Assembly (NCBI RefSeq): GCF_034377285.1
Contig: NZ_CP139715.1
Coordinates: 4,939,465-4,963,464 of the forward strand
DNA from: Thalassobaculum sp. OXR-137
GTDB lineage: Bacteria; Pseudomonadota; Alphaproteobacteria; Thalassobaculales; Thalassobaculaceae
Length of the DNA stretch: 24,000 bases
Direction of reading: 5' to 3'
A program made the translations under genes and the position numbers. This document shows positions 22,266 through 24,000 of this stretch, in pieces. Position 1 is the stretch's first letter. Each line of letters starts with the position of its first letter. The notes under the pieces are model-generated. The model was given only the letters and a program-made list of their open reading frames with translations. It made no database searches and was not told where the DNA came from.

Positions 22266-23387
22266 ATGGCGACCATCCAGAAGCGCGAAGGCAAGAAAGG
22301 CCCGTCCTATCGGGTCATGGTTCGGATGAAGGGGTTCCCCGACCAGGTACGTACCTTCAAGCGCCTAACGGACGCCAAGCAATGGGCGCAAGAAACTGAG
22401 ACGGGCATCCGCAAGGGCGAGTTCAAGAATGTTGTGCGCACGGCAGCGAGCAAGACCCTTCAGGACGTGATCGACCGGTTCCGCAAGGAAGTGTTCATCC
22501 ATCGTGCGGAGACAACCAAGCGGGCGGAAGCCTCCTTCGTCGCCCATTGGGAACGGGAGCTTGGCGGCTATGCACTTGCCTACATCACAGCAGACCTGAT
22601 CAGCGAGAAGATGGGTGAGCTGGCAGCGGCGGGCGATGGTCGCCGCAAGCTGACCGATGACGAAAAGCCGAAAAAGCCGCCCCGCCCCAAGAGCCCGAAG
22701 ACGCTGAAACATTACCGCGACACGCTGGCCATGCTGTTCAAGTATGCCATGCAGTGGGGCTGGACCGGCTCAAGCCCATTGGACGGGGTGAACCGGATAA
22801 CGAAGATCAGGAACGAGCGTGCTCGATTCCTGAGCGACGATGAACGCAAGCGACTGCTCGACGCCTGCAAGGCCAGCGATAACGAGCACCTTTATCCCGT
22901 CGTGGTGTTTGCCCTGTCAACGGGCGCACGGAAGGGAGAAATCCTCGGCCTGACACTTAGCGATCTCGACCTGGCTCGCGATACGGCCATCCTGCGGGAT
23001 ACCAAGAACGGCGATACGCGCGCTGTGCCGGTCGTGCATCACCTTCGCGACGTGTTGACTGAGCAAGTCGCCAAGATAGACGCCTTCTACGACGCGCTGG
23101 AAGATCAACCCAAAACCCGCTGGCTGTTCCCCCGTCGGGATGGGCTGGAGCCCATGGATATCCGCAAGGCTTGGGAGAATGCGCGGGATGCGGCCAACCT
23201 GGAAGACTTCCGCTTCCATGACCTGCGGCATTCCACGGCAAGCTACCTTGCCATGAATGGCGCAAGCCTTGTGGAGATTGCCGACATCCTCGGGCATCGG
23301 ACGCTTCAGATGGTGCGGCGGTATGCGCACTTGTCCGAGAGCCACGTGAAGGGTGTCGTGACGCAATTGAATGAAAAGCTTTTCTGA
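22266..23387 (+). CDS. int: Tyrosine site-specific integrase
   Basis: C-terminal catalytic pattern: ARKGE (R), FHDLRHS (HxxR), LGHRTLQMVRRYAHL (H, Y). ATG 22266 lies after GAGG. The track start at 22188 would translate through the arm-type repeats. Confidence 0.9.
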   Translation: MATIQKREGKKGPSYRVMVRMKGFPDQVRTFKRLTDAKQWAQETETGIRKGEFKNVVRTAASKTLQDVIDRFRKEVFIHRAETTKRAEASFVAHWERELGGYALAYITADLISEKMGELAAAGDGRRKLTDDEKPKKPPRPKSPKTLKHYRDTLAMLFKYAMQWGWTGSSPLDGVNRITKIRNERARFLSDDERKRLLDACKASDNEHLYPVVVFALSTGARKGEILGLTLSDLDLARDTAILRDTKNGDTRAVPVVHHLRDVLTEQVAKIDAFYDALEDQPKTRWLFPRRDGLEPMDIRKAWENARDAANLEDFRFHDLRHSTASYLAMNGASLVEIADILGHRTLQMVRRYAHLSESHVKGVVTQLNEKLF

Positions 23388-23439
23388 GGCATAAATTAGG
23401 TTCCTGCTCTTTATAGGCCCCGAGACCATGAGGTTTACC

Positions 23440-23661
23440 ATGGTGGATTACAGGGACCTGGCGACCGTGAAGCAGGTAGCGGTGGAAGCACCGTTCATCA
23501 CGGAAGCCACGCTGCGCTGGTGGATATTCCATGCGGAAACGAATGGATTGAAGCCTGCGCTACTGAAGATCGGTGGCCGCGTCTACATCGACCGCGCCGA
23601 ATTCAACAAGTGGCTGGAGGGTCAGCGTATGGCTCCGAAGCCGTTGAAGACTGCGGCCTGA
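23440..23661 (+). CDS. xis: Excisionase/AlpA-like helix-turn-helix protein
   Basis: LATVKQVAVEAPFITEATLRWWI....NGL.PALLKIGGRVYIDRAEFNKWLE is the HTH_17/excisionase pattern. ATG 23440 lies 6 nt after GAGG; ATG 23428 is an alternative start. Confidence 0.75.
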   Translation: MVDYRDLATVKQVAVEAPFITEATLRWWIFHAETNGLKPALLKIGGRVYIDRAEFNKWLEGQRMAPKPLKTAA

Positions 23662-23681
23662 CAAGGCCCCCTTCCTCGACC

Positions 23682-23715
23682 GAAGCCCCGTCAGTAATGG
23701 CGGGGCTTCTTTCTT
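23682..23715 (+). terminator. Rho-independent terminator after xis
   Basis: GAAGCCCCG (23682-23690) pairs with CGGGGCTTC (23701-23709) around a 10-nt loop, followed by TTTCTT. Confidence 0.7.
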
Positions 23716-23773
23716 CATATGAGAACGACCGCGTCACGGCGGCCATTTCATCAAATACCTGTTGCAAAAGCTT

Positions 23774-23998
23774 TTAGGTGGGTTCGTCGTGGCGGTGCAG
23801 AGTCCGAGATGGAAATTTGCGTTGCCAAGTCTCGATCAGGAATAGCGCGACCGTGCTGGCCGCATGAATAGCCAATCTGGCGATACGGGCATCGACGCGA
23901 GCATACCCTTTCTCCCGACCGTGCGCATCGCCAGCGTGTGTTCGCAGGGCTCCGACCCCTTGGATGACCGTTGCAAGCCCGCCCAAAGTCGTCCGCAC
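23774..23998 (-). CDS. C-terminal part of an Abi_C (abortive-infection C-terminal) domain protein; N-terminus beyond the window
   Basis: LGGLATVIQGVGALRTHAGDAHGREKGYARVDARIARLAIHAASTVALFLIETW matches the Abi_C pattern (lRN..GdaHG....... A.lav..A.....fl.e.w). The frame is open at the right edge. Confidence 0.65.
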   Translation of the reverse strand: MRTTLGGLATVIQGVGALRTHAGDAHGREKGYARVDARIARLAIHAASTVALFLIETWQRKFPSRTLHRHDEPT

Positions 23999-24000
23999 AT

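Overview
High-GC, alphaproteobacterial-type mobile DNA, either a conjugative or mobilisable plasmid or an ICE. All domain and family calls come from motifs read in the translations; no searches were run.

Layout, left to right:
- 2-3151: DNA-transfer module. It holds the C-terminal part of a TraG/VirD4 coupling protein, convergent with a mobC-relaxase operon. A candidate oriT lies at about 3248-3360.
- 3600-14600: a region that looks like a conjugative leading region. It carries minus-strand genes pointing back toward oriT: two small orphan proteins, a DUF736 protein, an acidic 162-aa protein, a small membrane protein, a large ParB-like protein, a DUF2958 protein and ArdC.
- Four of these minus-strand genes or operons are preceded by a copy of the same roughly 210-250 nt leader. 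Its helices are kept by compensatory base changes.
- Two plus-strand cargo insertions interrupt this region. One is an ankyrin protein built from six near-identical 99-bp repeats. The other is a visibly more AT-rich three-gene operon (10856-13396).
- The three-gene operon encodes a SeqA-N/RHH + RAMA-like DNA binder, a Swt1-like HEPN protein with an Rx4H motif, and an HExxH zincin. I consider it the best candidate for an undescribed defence or abortive-infection system.
- 14874-19447: a second, apparently soluble coupling-protein paralogue, a small membrane ORF, and a textbook iteron oriV. The oriV has two perfect DnaA boxes, an AT-rich tract and four 16-bp iterons at 21-bp phasing. A parA / RHH-protein / repA operon follows.
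- 19795-21657: uppP and corA.
- 21976-24000: a terminator, a 5'-truncated initiator tRNA-Met fragment (att core), GTGCCAAAAA arm-type repeats, a tyrosine integrase, an excisionase-like HTH, and a partial Abi_C-domain gene running off the right edge.
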